From a candidate division WOR-3 bacterium (GTDB lineage: Bacteria; Hydrothermota; Tepidihabitantia; SM23-42), in assembly GCA_020355325.1 (NCBI GenBank), contig CP070664.1, positions 2,589,189-2,653,188 of the forward strand: a stretch of 64,000 nt of DNA, read 5' to 3'. Below the pieces are notes generated by a model that saw nothing but the letters and a program-made list of their open reading frames with translations, ran no database searches and was not told where the DNA came from. Numbering within the stretch: the first letter of the stretch is position 1; every line of letters starts with the position of its first letter. Positions 17,952 to 28,460 of the stretch are shown here, piece by piece. The translations under genes were made by a program, and so were the position numbers.

Positions 17952-20900
17952 ATGATTTTTAAAGTAGTTCCGAAAAAGTTGAGTTTTCCTGAAATTGAAC
18001 ATACAATACTTGAATTCTGGGAAAAGAATAATACTTTTGAGAAATATAAGACAAAAAATAAAGGCAATAAGAAGTGGTCGTTTCAGGACGGACCAATCAC
18101 CGCAAATAATCCTATGGGTGTACACCACGCATGGGGCCGCATCTATAAGGATATCTTCCAGCGCTACAAGACAATGAAGGGATTCGAGCAGCGCTATCAA
18201 AATGGATTTGATTGTCAGGGTCTATGGGTCGAGGTTGAGGTGGAACGGGAGCTTGGTTTTAAATCTAAGAAAGATATTGAGGATTATGGTATCGATCGTT
18301 TTGTCGAGAAGTGCAAAGAACGCGTCCATAAATATTCAATGGTTCAAACCGAGTCATCAATCAGGATCGGTATGTGGATGGATTGGGGCGACTGGAAGAC
18401 GTCTATGGATGATAAAAATTGGATGCAGAAGAGTCATTCATACTACACGATGAGCGAGGTGAATAATTACACGATCTGGCATTTCTTGAAGAAATGCCAT
18501 GAGCGTGGATTTATTTATGAAGGTGTCGATGTTATGCCCTGGTGTGCCCGCTGTGGTACGGCAATCAGTGATATGGAGATTGCGACCGAGGGGTATCAGG
18601 AGCTGACGCACAAGGCAGTCATCGTGCGCTTTAAAATCAGTGGCAGAGAAAATGAATATCTGCTTGTTTGGACAACGACCCCATGGACACTCACCTCGAA
18701 TACCGGTGTCGCTGTCCATCCTGATATGACGTATGCAAAGGTAGAGAATGATGGAAAAATCTATTATCTTGCCAAGAATCTATTATATATTTTAAAAGGA
18801 AAGCATACCATACTACAGGAACTGACTGGGAAAGAACTCTTAGGGCTGACGTATGAAGGGCCTTTTGATAATCTCCCGGCACAAAAAGGTGTTACCCATA
18901 AGGTAATCCCTTGGGATGACGTCAGTGAGAAAGAGGGGACCGGATTGGTTCATATTGCGCCCGGATGTGGTCGGGAAGATTTCCTCTTAGGTAAGGAATT
19001 TGATTTGGCAACCATTGCTCCGCTCGATGAACTGGGATTTTATATTGAAGGTTTTGATTGGCTCACGGGTAAAGATGTTCAGGATGTAGCTCAGCCGATA
19101 ATTGAAGATTTAGAAAAACGAGGCATCTTGTACCATGTCGGAGATTATACTCACCGGTATCCGGTGTGTTGGCGTTGTGATAGCGAACTCATCTTCAGAT
19201 TAGTCGATGAATGGTTCATCTCTATGGATACGCTAAGATATGAAATTATGGAGGTGGCAAAAAAGGTTGAGCGCTGGATTCCAGAATTTGGACTGGCACG
19301 GGAACTGGATTGGCTGCAAAACATGGCCGACTGGTGCATTTCAAAGAAGCGTTACTGGGGACTCGCATTACCCATCTGGAAGTGTCAATGTGGACATTTC
19401 ATGGTTATCGGTTCCAGAGATGAATTGAAGGAGAAAACAGTCGACGGTTGGGATGAATTTCTAAGTCATACGACTCATCGTCCTTGGATTGACAAACTAA
19501 AGATAAAATGTGAGAAATGCGGCGCCCTGGTATCGCGCATACCAGACGTTGGAAATCCCTGGCTCGATGCGGGTATTGTTCCATATTCGACCCTGAGACC
19601 ACCCGATGATATGCATACCATCGACAGTGGCTATCCTTATGATACATCATACTGGAAGGAGTGGTTCCCGGCTGACTTTATTACCGAATCATTTCCCGGG
19701 CAATTCAGAAACTGGTTCTATGCAATCTTAACAATGAGCACGGTTCTTGAGAACAGACCACCCTTCAAGGTCCTTTTGGGCTTCGCCTCACTCCGCGATG
19801 AGCATGGCGAGGAGATGCATAAAAGCAAGGGTAATGCGATCTGGTCAGATGAGGCAGCAGAGAAGATGGGTGCTGGCGTCATGCGCTGGATGTTTGCCAA
19901 ACATAATCCATTCCAGAATAAAAATTTTGGATATGGTTCTGGATTGGAAATCAAGAGGATTTTATTGACACTGTGGAATGTTTATACCTTTTTTGTTACC
20001 TATGCGAATATAGATAAATTTAGTCCAATCGGTAAGAAAATTAATGAGAAGAATCTCACAGTACTCGATCGATGGATACGATCACGTCTGAACTCCTTGA
20101 TTTCAGATTGTGACAGATTATATGAGCAGTATGATTTGTCTTCGGTCGTAAAAGAAGTAGAGAAATTTTTTGACGACGTTTCGAATTGGTATGTACGGCG
20201 GAGTCGAAGACGGTTCTGGAAATCGGAGAACGATTTAGACAAAGAGACGGCGTATTTAATTCTCTATGAATGTTTGTTGAAATTAATAAAATTGATCGCG
20301 CCGATTATGCCGTTCTTCACCGAGTACATGTATCAAAATCTTGTTGTGAGTGTTGACAAAGAGGCACTCGAGAGTATTCACCTGTGCGATTTTCCTGAGG
20401 TTGATGAAGCAAACATCGATGAGCAGTTGGAAAACGACATTGCAATAACGAGGACAATCGTATCCCTGGGTCGAGCCGCTCGCAATAAGGTGAATATAAA
20501 AGTTCGCCAGCCGCTGAGCGAAATGATCATCAGTCTTCCGGAAAAGCGTCATGGATTGAGTGAAGATGATCAGACGATTATTCTCGAGGAACTGAATATT
20601 AGGCGGATTACGTCATGTGGACTCAACGTGCTCGACGATTTTATAACCTATAGCGCTTCACCACATTTTGAAAAACTGGGACCGAAATTTGGTAAATTAT
20701 CGCAAAAAGTAGCACAGAGAATAAAATCACTGTCACCCGATGAAATTCAGCAGTTGATAGAGTCTGGATTTTTGAAAAAAGAAGTGGCTGGTGAGGTGTT
20801 TGAGATTAGCAAGGATGATGTAGACATACAACAAAAAGATAAGCAGGGATGGTCAGTGGTAACCGAAGATGAGTTCGGTGTTGGCGTTAATACGGTTTTA

Positions 20901-21179
20901 ACCAAAGAGTTAGAACACGAGGGACTCATTCGAGAACTCATTCATAAAATTCAGCTCATGCGTAAAGAGGCCGATTTTAATCTCGCGGATCGGATTAAAA
21001 TTTATTACCAGACAGTTCCTCAATTAAAAGAAGCAATTGTAGAAAATTTGGACTATTTAAAGAATGAAACGCTCGCTCTCGAAATATCGGAAGGGACCGC
21101 CAAAGCCGATATATACTCCATTTTGGATGTAAACGGGATAGAGGCAGAGATTTTCCTACAGAGAGTAAAGAAATCCTAG
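17952..21179 (+). CDS. ileS: isoleucine--tRNA ligase (type 2)
   Basis: About 1075 aa. NPMGVHHAWGR (HIGH-type) and MHKSKGN (KMSKS). Start set to the ATG at 17952 (MIFKVVPKKLSFPEIE), because the promoter covers the track start at 17934. Confidence 0.9.
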   Translation: MIFKVVPKKLSFPEIEHTILEFWEKNNTFEKYKTKNKGNKKWSFQDGPITANNPMGVHHAWGRIYKDIFQRYKTMKGFEQRYQNGFDCQGLWVEVEVERELGFKSKKDIEDYGIDRFVEKCKERVHKYSMVQTESSIRIGMWMDWGDWKTSMDDKNWMQKSHSYYTMSEVNNYTIWHFLKKCHERGFIYEGVDVMPWCARCGTAISDMEIATEGYQELTHKAVIVRFKISGRENEYLLVWTTTPWTLTSNTGVAVHPDMTYAKVENDGKIYYLAKNLLYILKGKHTILQELTGKELLGLTYEGPFDNLPAQKGVTHKVIPWDDVSEKEGTGLVHIAPGCGREDFLLGKEFDLATIAPLDELGFYIEGFDWLTGKDVQDVAQPIIEDLEKRGILYHVGDYTHRYPVCWRCDSELIFRLVDEWFISMDTLRYEIMEVAKKVERWIPEFGLARELDWLQNMADWCISKKRYWGLALPIWKCQCGHFMVIGSRDELKEKTVDGWDEFLSHTTHRPWIDKLKIKCEKCGALVSRIPDVGNPWLDAGIVPYSTLRPPDDMHTIDSGYPYDTSYWKEWFPADFITESFPGQFRNWFYAILTMSTVLENRPPFKVLLGFASLRDEHGEEMHKSKGNAIWSDEAAEKMGAGVMRWMFAKHNPFQNKNFGYGSGLEIKRILLTLWNVYTFFVTYANIDKFSPIGKKINEKNLTVLDRWIRSRLNSLISDCDRLYEQYDLSSVVKEVEKFFDDVSNWYVRRSRRRFWKSENDLDKETAYLILYECLLKLIKLIAPIMPFFTEYMYQNLVVSVDKEALESIHLCDFPEVDEANIDEQLENDIAITRTIVSLGRAARNKVNIKVRQPLSEMIISLPEKRHGLSEDDQTIILEELNIRRITSCGLNVLDDFITYSASPHFEKLGPKFGKLSQKVAQRIKSLSPDEIQQLIESGFLKKEVAGEVFEISKDDVDIQQKDKQGWSVVTEDEFGVGVNTVLTKELEHEGLIRELIHKIQLMRKEADFNLADRIKIYYQTVPQLKEAIVENLDYLKNETLALEISEGTAKADIYSILDVNGIEAEIFLQRVKKS

Positions 21180-21204
21180 TTACTTTACACTAATAGGCAC
21201 GGAG

Positions 21205-21232
21205 TTGACTTAGGCAATTTTTGAAGTATAAT
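21205..21232 (+). promoter_or_regulatory. sigma70-type promoter for the BCR/HAD-fusion gene
   Basis: TTGACT 21205-21210, N16, TATAAT 21227-21232. A TTG at 21238 follows after 5 nt; the ATG is at 21250. Confidence 0.5.
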
Positions 21233-21249
21233 GGGAGTTGGTCATTATT

Positions 21250-24200
21250 ATGAAAACAGTACACGAATATGGCATTGACGTCGGTTCGGTGAGTCTCAAA
21301 CTCGCTCAATTCAGTAATGAAAGAATCGAACGAGTGTTTTATCTGCCGCACTATGGAAGACCCTACAACCTCCTCTTAGAGATACTCAAAGACCTCGGTA
21401 CGATTGACAGGCTCATACTGACTGGTGGTTTTGCACGGCCATTGTGCGACATTCTGGGTGCAGTACCTGTCAATGAAGTTGATGCAACCGCACACGGCGT
21501 GTTGCATTTTCATCCGGACGTGAAATCAATAATTGAAATCGGTGGCGAGGACTCAAAACTAATAAGTCTCGATAGGGGAATAAAAGATTTTGCATCAAAT
21601 ACGATATGTGCCGCAGGAACAGGGATTTTTCTTGATCAGCAGGCGCGGCGTCTCAATTTTAATATTGAGGAGTTCGGCGATAGAGCACTGGAGTCGCACA
21701 GTCCAACACAAATTGCGGGGCGCTGCTCGGTATTTGCCAAGAGTGACATGATACATCTTCAGCAGATTGGTGCAAAGCCAGAGGATTTAATTGCTGGCCT
21801 CTGTCTTTCTCTGGCAAGAAATTTTAAGAGTGTGATTGCGAAAGGGAAAGAGATATCCACTCCTGTAGCGTTCGTTGGTGGTGTTGCCGCAAACAAAGGA
21901 ATGGTGAGGGCCTTTGAGCGCGTGTTGAGTATGACCCAGGAACATTTAGTAATTCCACAATACTATAACTGTATAGGAGCAATTGGTGCAATCCTGAAAG
22001 CGCGGGAGATAGGTGAAGAGGTGGACTACAAGGGTATTGAAGAATTTGAAAACTGGTTATCTATTCCCAAAACAATTAACCGCTTGCCGCCTCTCAATGG
22101 TCATAAAAAATGGCGTCCAGCAATCCACTCGGTGCGCCCTCAGACAAAAACGGAAGCCTACCTCGGTGTCGATGTCGGCTCAATATCTACGAATCTGGTT
22201 CTCATTGATAGGTTCGCTCATGTCCTCGCCCGACGCTACCTTTGGACAAAGGGTCGGCCTATTGAGGTTGTGCTGCAGGGCTTACGTGAACTAGAAGAGG
22301 AGGTCGGCGATCGCGTTAAAATTGTCGGAGCAGGAACGACCGGTTCTGGGCGTTACTTGATTGGTGAATTCATTGGCGCGGATATTATAAAGAATGAAAT
22401 TTCTGCACAGGCACGCGCAGCGATTGAAATTGATCCAGATGTCGATACGATCTTCGAGATTGGTGGTCAGGACTCTAAGTTTATAAGTTTGCGCAACAAG
22501 GCAATCATTGATTTCGAAATGAATAAGGTATGCGCTGCGGGAACTGGTTCATTCTTGGAAGAACAGGCTCAGGTACTGGGCGTCGAGTTAAACGAATTCG
22601 GTGACTTGGCTCTCAAGGCACGTGCACCCATCAACCTTGGAGAACGGTGTACCGTCTTTATTGGCTCGGAAGTAATCCATCACCAGCAAGATTCGGCAGA
22701 ACGTGAAAACCTTCTTGCCGGGCTCGGTTATTCAATCGTCTTCAATTACCTCAACCGGGTTGTCAGCGGAAAGAAAATTGGCGACAAAATATTCCTTCAA
22801 GGAGGGGTCGCTGCCAATAAGGCAGTCATAGCAGCATTCGAGGAGGTACTCGGCAAAAAAGTAGAGGTCCCGGTAAATTATGATGTGACGGGTGCTATTG
22901 GTATTGCCCTCCTCGTTCGTGATAGAGAAATTAAAAAAACCACGTTTAAAGGTTTTAACCTTGCCTCTAAATCTTATACGTCTGAATCGTTTGTGTGTCA
23001 GCATTGTAGCAATGAATGTGAGGTAAATAAGATAACGATTGACGGTGAACAATCTATTTACTATGGTGGTCGGTGTGAGCGATACGAGGAGAAAGAAAAG
23101 AGGATACAGAACAATCTACCAGATCTCTTTACGCTGCGGAATGATATTTTCTTCAAGACTGAAGAGACGGATGGCATTGAAATCGGTATCCCCAGAAGTC
23201 TTGTCTTTTTTGAACTGTTTCCATTTTTCTATCGTTTTTTAACAGAACTCGGATTTAAACCAATTCTTTCTGAATCAACAAACCGCAAAATCATTGAACT
23301 CGGTGCAGAAATTTCAATTACAGACACCTGTTTACCCGTCAAGATTGCCCTCGGGCACATTCATAGTCTCATCAGTAGAGGAACAAAGAAATTTTTCATA
23401 CCGAGTGTTATCACGATGCCTGCCAAAGAAGAAAGTTTTTCGCGGTGTTTCATGTGCCCCTATGTACAGGCTATTCCTCATATGGCCAGGGCAGTATTCG
23501 GTAAGGATATTACAGTATACTCACCGCCCCTGTATTTTGACCGGGGTAAAGCTGGAGTCGAAGAGGGAATCTATGAATTTGCGAGGCATTTTGGTAAGTC
23601 AGAGAGAGATATAAGAAGAGCACTCGATAAAGCAATAGCGTATCAAACCGAAGTCGAGCGAAAAATTGTCGACGTCGGTAAAGATGTATTGAATGAGATT
23701 GAAGATTTTGCTTTTGTCATCTGTTCGCGGCCATACAATGGATACGATTTAGGGATGAATTTAAACTTACCGAAAAAAATCAGAGATTTAGGCGTATTAT
23801 CAATACCAGTAGATTTTATACCACTCGACTACAAAGCCATCAAGGAAGATTTCTACAACATGTACTGGCACTACGGTCAAAAAATATTGGCTGCGGCAGA
23901 GACGATTCGCACAGATGAAAAACTATTTGCCGTCTATCTTTCGAATTTCGCATGCGGTCCTGATTCATTCGTTACTCGTTTCTTCAAAGAAAAACTGGCC
24001 GAAAAACCATTTCTACTGATCGAACTCGACGAGCACTCGGGTGATGCTGGCTTCATTACTCGTTGTGAGGCATTCTACGACAGCATTAAGCGAGGAGAGA
24101 GAATCGGTCGATCGAGGAGAATAAGAGCAGAGAGCGGCATACGGAAAGAGAAAAAAATTTATATTCCAGATATGTGCGACGGCGCTCGCGTCTTGGCGAG

Positions 24201-25326
24201 CGCGATGCGGTATACGGGTATTGATGCAGAAGTCTTACCACCTCCTGATGAAGAATCAATCACGATCGGTCGGCAGTTCACTTCGGGACGCGAATGCTTG
24301 CCGGCAATTATTACTGCTGGAGACATGGTCAAGAAATTACGTTCGGCCGATTTTGATCCTCAACGCAGCGCCTTTTTTATGGCCCAGGGATCGGGTCCTT
24401 GCCGCTTCGGACAATATTACAAGCTCCATAGAATCATACTCGATGATCTTGGGTACTCAAGTATTCCGGTTTATGCACCGAATCAGGGACCGAGCCTCTT
24501 TGACGATCTCGGACCATTAGGCATACGATTTCTCCTTTTGGCTTGGGATGGCATCTGTGCAGTTGATGGGATTGAGGCAAAAAGTCGTATGATCAGGCCG
24601 TATGAAAAAAATCGCGGAGTAACAGATGTTGTATATGCGAATGCACTCAATGATATAAGTAGCCTCATTGAACAGGGCAAGAGTATTACAGGGTTTTTGA
24701 AGAAGGTAAGAAAAGATTTTGAGCAGATTAGTATCGAGAAGAATTGCAGAAAACCAAGAATCGGCATCGTCGGTGAGATCTATGTTCGTTCACAGAAATT
24801 TAGTAATAATTTTTTGATCAACAAGCTCGAGGAATTGGGGTGTGAGGTTGCAATGCCCTCGATCGCCGAGTGGTTTTTCTATACAAATTTTACTCGAGTG
24901 AAGAATTGCAGATGGTTTCGTCAGCATCGACGAGCATTGGTGACCAAAATATTTGATAAATACATGCAATGGCGTCAATACCGAATCTATAAACTGTTAG
25001 GGTTAGTTCCTGAAAATAAAGTGACGGCGTTGTTAGATTATGCGCGTTCATATCTGGACCCATCATTTGAGGGAGAAGCGATCGTTACTATCGGTAAAAC
25101 TATTGAGTTTATCAAAGAACATTTTTGCGGTGTCGTCAATGTCATGCCCTTTACCTGTATGCCGAGCAATATTGCGTCGACAATCTATAGGCGTCTCAAG
25201 GATGATTACCCTGACGTTCCTCTCTTTGTGCTCTCATTAGATGGCCTTAACCACGCAATTGACGCAATGCGTCTCGAGACCTTTATCAGCCAGGCACGGC
25301 AGAGACTGAAAGAGGAATTTACTTGA
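21250..25326 (+). CDS. BCR/HAD-family fusion: two BcrAD/BadFG-type activase ATPase modules plus a dehydratase-like C-terminal region
   Basis: About 1358 aa. Two ASKHA modules (GIDVGS.., GVDVGS..), each with CAAGTG and RC(S/T)VF cluster-ligand contexts. Cys-rich linker CQHCSNEC. Long C-terminal region like the 'CoA enzyme activase' DUF domains. Confidence 0.7.
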   Translation: MKTVHEYGIDVGSVSLKLAQFSNERIERVFYLPHYGRPYNLLLEILKDLGTIDRLILTGGFARPLCDILGAVPVNEVDATAHGVLHFHPDVKSIIEIGGEDSKLISLDRGIKDFASNTICAAGTGIFLDQQARRLNFNIEEFGDRALESHSPTQIAGRCSVFAKSDMIHLQQIGAKPEDLIAGLCLSLARNFKSVIAKGKEISTPVAFVGGVAANKGMVRAFERVLSMTQEHLVIPQYYNCIGAIGAILKAREIGEEVDYKGIEEFENWLSIPKTINRLPPLNGHKKWRPAIHSVRPQTKTEAYLGVDVGSISTNLVLIDRFAHVLARRYLWTKGRPIEVVLQGLRELEEEVGDRVKIVGAGTTGSGRYLIGEFIGADIIKNEISAQARAAIEIDPDVDTIFEIGGQDSKFISLRNKAIIDFEMNKVCAAGTGSFLEEQAQVLGVELNEFGDLALKARAPINLGERCTVFIGSEVIHHQQDSAERENLLAGLGYSIVFNYLNRVVSGKKIGDKIFLQGGVAANKAVIAAFEEVLGKKVEVPVNYDVTGAIGIALLVRDREIKKTTFKGFNLASKSYTSESFVCQHCSNECEVNKITIDGEQSIYYGGRCERYEEKEKRIQNNLPDLFTLRNDIFFKTEETDGIEIGIPRSLVFFELFPFFYRFLTELGFKPILSESTNRKIIELGAEISITDTCLPVKIALGHIHSLISRGTKKFFIPSVITMPAKEESFSRCFMCPYVQAIPHMARAVFGKDITVYSPPLYFDRGKAGVEEGIYEFARHFGKSERDIRRALDKAIAYQTEVERKIVDVGKDVLNEIEDFAFVICSRPYNGYDLGMNLNLPKKIRDLGVLSIPVDFIPLDYKAIKEDFYNMYWHYGQKILAAAETIRTDEKLFAVYLSNFACGPDSFVTRFFKEKLAEKPFLLIELDEHSGDAGFITRCEAFYDSIKRGERIGRSRRIRAESGIRKEKKIYIPDMCDGARVLASAMRYTGIDAEVLPPPDEESITIGRQFTSGRECLPAIITAGDMVKKLRSADFDPQRSAFFMAQGSGPCRFGQYYKLHRIILDDLGYSSIPVYAPNQGPSLFDDLGPLGIRFLLLAWDGICAVDGIEAKSRMIRPYEKNRGVTDVVYANALNDISSLIEQGKSITGFLKKVRKDFEQISIEKNCRKPRIGIVGEIYVRSQKFSNNFLINKLEELGCEVAMPSIAEWFFYTNFTRVKNCRWFRQHRRALVTKIFDKYMQWRQYRIYKLLGLVPENKVTALLDYARSYLDPSFEGEAIVTIGKTIEFIKEHFCGVVNVMPFTCMPSNIASTIYRRLKDDYPDVPLFVLSLDGLNHAIDAMRLETFISQARQRLKEEFT

Positions 25327-25351
25327 CAGCATCGTTGATGCTAAATATAAT
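25323..25351 (+). promoter_or_regulatory. sigma70-type promoter for pal/tol operon
   Basis: TTGACA 25323-25328 (overlaps the upstream stop codon), N17, TATAAT 25346-25351. The leader carries AAGGAGG. Confidence 0.55.
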
Positions 25352-25377
25352 TATATCGTGATTGCGAAGGAGGCATA

Positions 25378-25863
25378 ATGCGTTATTTTAAACTGGCAAC
25401 ATTACTGTTTTTAATTTTTGTTGTTTTCGCGGGTTGTCCGAAGAAACAAGAGGTGAAACCTGCTGAAGAGATTACTGTAGAAGAAATACCCTATGAAGAG
25501 GTGAAAATCCCCGAAGAATTCCCCATAGAACCAGAGAGACCAGAACTCGTGTTAAACCGTATTTTTTTCGATTTTGACAAATCGGACATACGAGTAGATG
25601 CGTCAGAAACATTAAAGCGGAACGCGGACATGCTCAAGTTGTATCCTGATGTGAAGGTTATTATTGAAGGACATTGCTGTGAAATTGGGACTGCAGAGTA
25701 TAATCTTGCCTTGGGCGAACGTCGTGCCGCTGCGGCGCGTGATTACCTCGTGATGTTGGGGATTAGTCCTGACCGTCTCGCAACGGTGAGTTATGGTGAA
25801 GAGAAACCGCTCGACCCAACGGATTTACCAAGAAACCGACGATGTGAATTTCTCATTCGGTAG
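25378..25863 (+). CDS. pal: peptidoglycan-associated lipoprotein (OmpA-family)
   Basis: 161 aa. Lipobox-like FAGC. OmpA-C motifs FFDFDKSDI, NLALGERRA. Confidence 0.85.
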   Translation: MRYFKLATLLFLIFVVFAGCPKKQEVKPAEEITVEEIPYEEVKIPEEFPIEPERPELVLNRIFFDFDKSDIRVDASETLKRNADMLKLYPDVKVIIEGHCCEIGTAEYNLALGERRAAAARDYLVMLGISPDRLATVSYGEEKPLDPTDLPRNRRCEFLIR

Positions 25864-25893
25864 AGAAAAGTCCCGAGCGATAATTAAACTCCA

Positions 25894-26604
25894 TTGTTGA
25901 AGATAAACGTCAATTCAAAAATAACGACAATCATCGTCGTTATAGTTATTATAACCGCTACAGGATGTTTCAATCGTCGGAGGTTCAGTAACTTCAACTG
26001 GCAATTGGATAGTCTACGGTACTACACTACAAAATTTGATAGCATGCTCGCGAGTCAGAATAAAGAGATAGCCGAATTGCGTATCGATCTGTATACAAAA
26101 TCCAATGAATTGAGCGAGAAACTCGAAATGCTCAATTCACGACTCAGTGATACCGAATCACAATTGACACATATTTCTGCAAAACTCGGTCCGCGGCAGG
26201 GTCCTGCTGTTGATACATTGGACATTTCCCAAATAAGTCCTGAGGCACGACTTATTTATGAATCGGCATATCTCAATTATGTCAAGGGCAATTACACTGA
26301 GGCAATCGACGGTTTCAATAACTATCTTAATATCTCACCAGATTCTCCTCTCTCTGACAATGCCCTTTACTGGATTGGAGAATCATACGCTGCAATGGGT
26401 AAACGACAGGATGCGGTCAATACATTTCAAGCGCTGGTGAAACGTTATCCACAGAGCAGCAAGAGGCCGAGTGCACTCTATAAGATGGGTATTATATATG
26501 AAGAAGCAGGAGATAATCAGGCTGCACAGTATTATTATAACCAGGTAATCGATAATTTCCCGAACTCACCAGAAGCAACACTCGCCAGGGATAAACTGCA
26601 ATAA
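25894..26604 (+). CDS. ybgF: Tol-Pal system protein YbgF/CpoB (coiled coil plus TPR)
   Basis: 236 aa. TTG start. N-terminal anchor, coiled coil, and C-terminal TPRs (ALYWIGESYAAMG, ALYKMGIIYEE). Confidence 0.7.
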   Translation: MLKINVNSKITTIIVVIVIITATGCFNRRRFSNFNWQLDSLRYYTTKFDSMLASQNKEIAELRIDLYTKSNELSEKLEMLNSRLSDTESQLTHISAKLGPRQGPAVDTLDISQISPEARLIYESAYLNYVKGNYTEAIDGFNNYLNISPDSPLSDNALYWIGESYAAMGKRQDAVNTFQALVKRYPQSSKRPSALYKMGIIYEEAGDNQAAQYYYNQVIDNFPNSPEATLARDKLQ

Positions 26605-26645
26605 TGGCTGTGTTATTTGTTTGCATCAACGTTACGAAGTAACGT

Positions 26646-27344
26646 ATGAATATTCTAAGAATCTTCCTCGAATCAAGTATCGCTGCTCAGATCATCATGG
26701 CTATCCTCGTTATCTTTTCTGTATGGTCATGGGGGATATTTCTCAAGAAGTTGTTTGATTTTGCTAAGGTGCGGAGAAAAAGTAGTACATTCTTCTCAAA
26801 ATTCCGTTTTCAGACGGGTGTCAAGGACTTAGAGAGTTTAGGCGAGCAGTTGCAGGATAATCCATACGGTAGAATTCTGGGAAGTGGTCTCGAAGAATTT
26901 AAAAAACTGAGTCTTACAAAACAGATGTTCTCTGGTAAGCAGAATTATCAGAAGGGGAGTAATGAATGGATGAGCGAGCTCTCTGATAATATTCGCCTTG
27001 CAATGGAGAGGGCGAAGATTACTGAAATAAGAAACTTAGAAAGCGCGCTTCCAACGCTCAGTACGTTTGTAAGTGTTAGTCCTTTTCTTGGGCTGCTGGG
27101 TACTGTATGGGGAATCATGGTTGCATTTCTGGAGATTCGCGCCCGCGGTTCTGCTCATATTACCATCGTGGCTCCTGGTATTTCCGATGCCCTCATTACA
27201 ACGGTGTATGGACTCCTCGTGGCGATACCCGCGCTCATATTCCATAATATCTTTCGAAGTCGTGTCAATAATTTTGATGCTGAAATGGATAAATTTATGA
27301 GCGAAGTCTTTGCACGACTTCGTAAAGACTTGACGCTCACGTGA
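26646..27344 (+). CDS. tolQ: MotA/TolQ/ExbB proton-channel protein
   Basis: 232 aa. Three TM helices. GLLGTVWGIM and APGISDALITT motifs. Confidence 0.85.
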   Translation: MNILRIFLESSIAAQIIMAILVIFSVWSWGIFLKKLFDFAKVRRKSSTFFSKFRFQTGVKDLESLGEQLQDNPYGRILGSGLEEFKKLSLTKQMFSGKQNYQKGSNEWMSELSDNIRLAMERAKITEIRNLESALPTLSTFVSVSPFLGLLGTVWGIMVAFLEIRARGSAHITIVAPGISDALITTVYGLLVAIPALIFHNIFRSRVNNFDAEMDKFMSEVFARLRKDLTLT

Positions 27345-27742
27345 CCATGAAGAACAAAGGATTAATTTCGGAAATCAATATCACCTCTTTAGCAGATGTA
27401 AGCATCACGCTTTTGGTGATATTCATCATTACTGCTCCCATGATGACTCCGGGCATCGATGTTGCTTTGCCGAGAACAGACGCCTCGTTACCGCACGATG
27501 AAGAAGGGATAACGGTTTCGATAAATAAAGGTGGCGAGGTATTCATCGAGAATGATAAAGTAGACATCAATAATTTTGAAAAACAACTCGAAACAATTCT
27601 CCGAAAGAAACCGCCGGGAATAATTGTTTATCTACGGGCGGATAAAGAAGTCGACTACGGATACGTCGTTGAAATTATTGGAAGGATGAGAAAATCGGGT
27701 GTAAAGGAGTTGGGACTCGTTGCTGAGATACCATACGAGTGA
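27341..27742 (+). CDS. tolR: ExbD/TolR family protein
   Basis: 133 aa. INITSLADVSITLLVIF TM segment with a conserved Asp. 4-nt overlap with tolQ. Confidence 0.8.
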   Translation: MTMKNKGLISEINITSLADVSITLLVIFIITAPMMTPGIDVALPRTDASLPHDEEGITVSINKGGEVFIENDKVDINNFEKQLETILRKKPPGIIVYLRADKEVDYGYVVEIIGRMRKSGVKELGLVAEIPYE

Positions 27743-28359
27743 TGCGGTTCTATACGATTTCAATTCTGTTTCATGTTGCACTCTTTTCTGCACTCCTCTA
27801 TATAAGCCGCGGAACTCTTAAAATAGTACCAACCGCTGAGGTCTATAGAGTGAGTATTGCTCCATTACCTCAGCCGAGAATTAAGGTTGAAGAGCCCGAA
27901 GAACCCGAAAAACAAGAGAAGGAAGAGGAAAAAAAAGTAGTAGAGATAGAAAAAGCCCCACCCGAAAAGAAAACTACACCACCTGTGAAAAAAACCGTAC
28001 AAGAAAAATCCACGGAAACGATTAGAAAAGGATTACCCGATGTTTCCCCAAAGGTATATACTGGCAGCGGCAGGGGATTTACGTATTCATACTATTTAAA
28101 TATTCTGTTAAAAAAGATCCGTGAAAACTGGCAGAATCCTTTTAAGGGTCAGGATGTTATACTGAAGAGCATTGTCTATTTTGAGGTTGATAAATCAGGA
28201 ACTATCTATAGTGTGAGACTCGAAGAGAGTTCAGGAAACGAGGTCTATAATGAAACAACAATGCGCGCTGTCACATTAACAAGAAAATTACCCCCTCTCC
28301 CGCAGGAATTTTCAGATGATTATCTGAAGATACATCTGGAATTTCTGACCGCACAGTGA
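27739..28359 (+). CDS. TolA/TonB-like protein (TonB-C domain)
   Basis: 206 aa. N-terminal TM helix, P/E/K-rich spacer, and a C-terminal TonB_C-like fold. Confidence 0.7.
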   Translation: MMRFYTISILFHVALFSALLYISRGTLKIVPTAEVYRVSIAPLPQPRIKVEEPEEPEKQEKEEEKKVVEIEKAPPEKKTTPPVKKTVQEKSTETIRKGLPDVSPKVYTGSGRGFTYSYYLNILLKKIRENWQNPFKGQDVILKSIVYFEVDKSGTIYSVRLEESSGNEVYNETTMRAVTLTRKLPPLPQEFSDDYLKIHLEFLTAQ

Positions 28360-28460
28360 ATCTAAAGATAAAGGGATTCAAAAATCGGATATCGGTTACG
28401 AAAGGCGAAACGGTTTCGTGATAACGATCAACAATTTTCGACAAACGAATAACTTAAATC

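Noticed and set aside
27880-28020. K/E/P-rich repetitive DNA (also 7900..8020, 31065..31170, 32564..32690 and 61560..61880) as tandem repeats or a minisatellite
   Set aside because: These are in-frame low-complexity coding segments: TolA-like spacers and charged tails. They are purine-rich codon runs without a fixed repeat unit.
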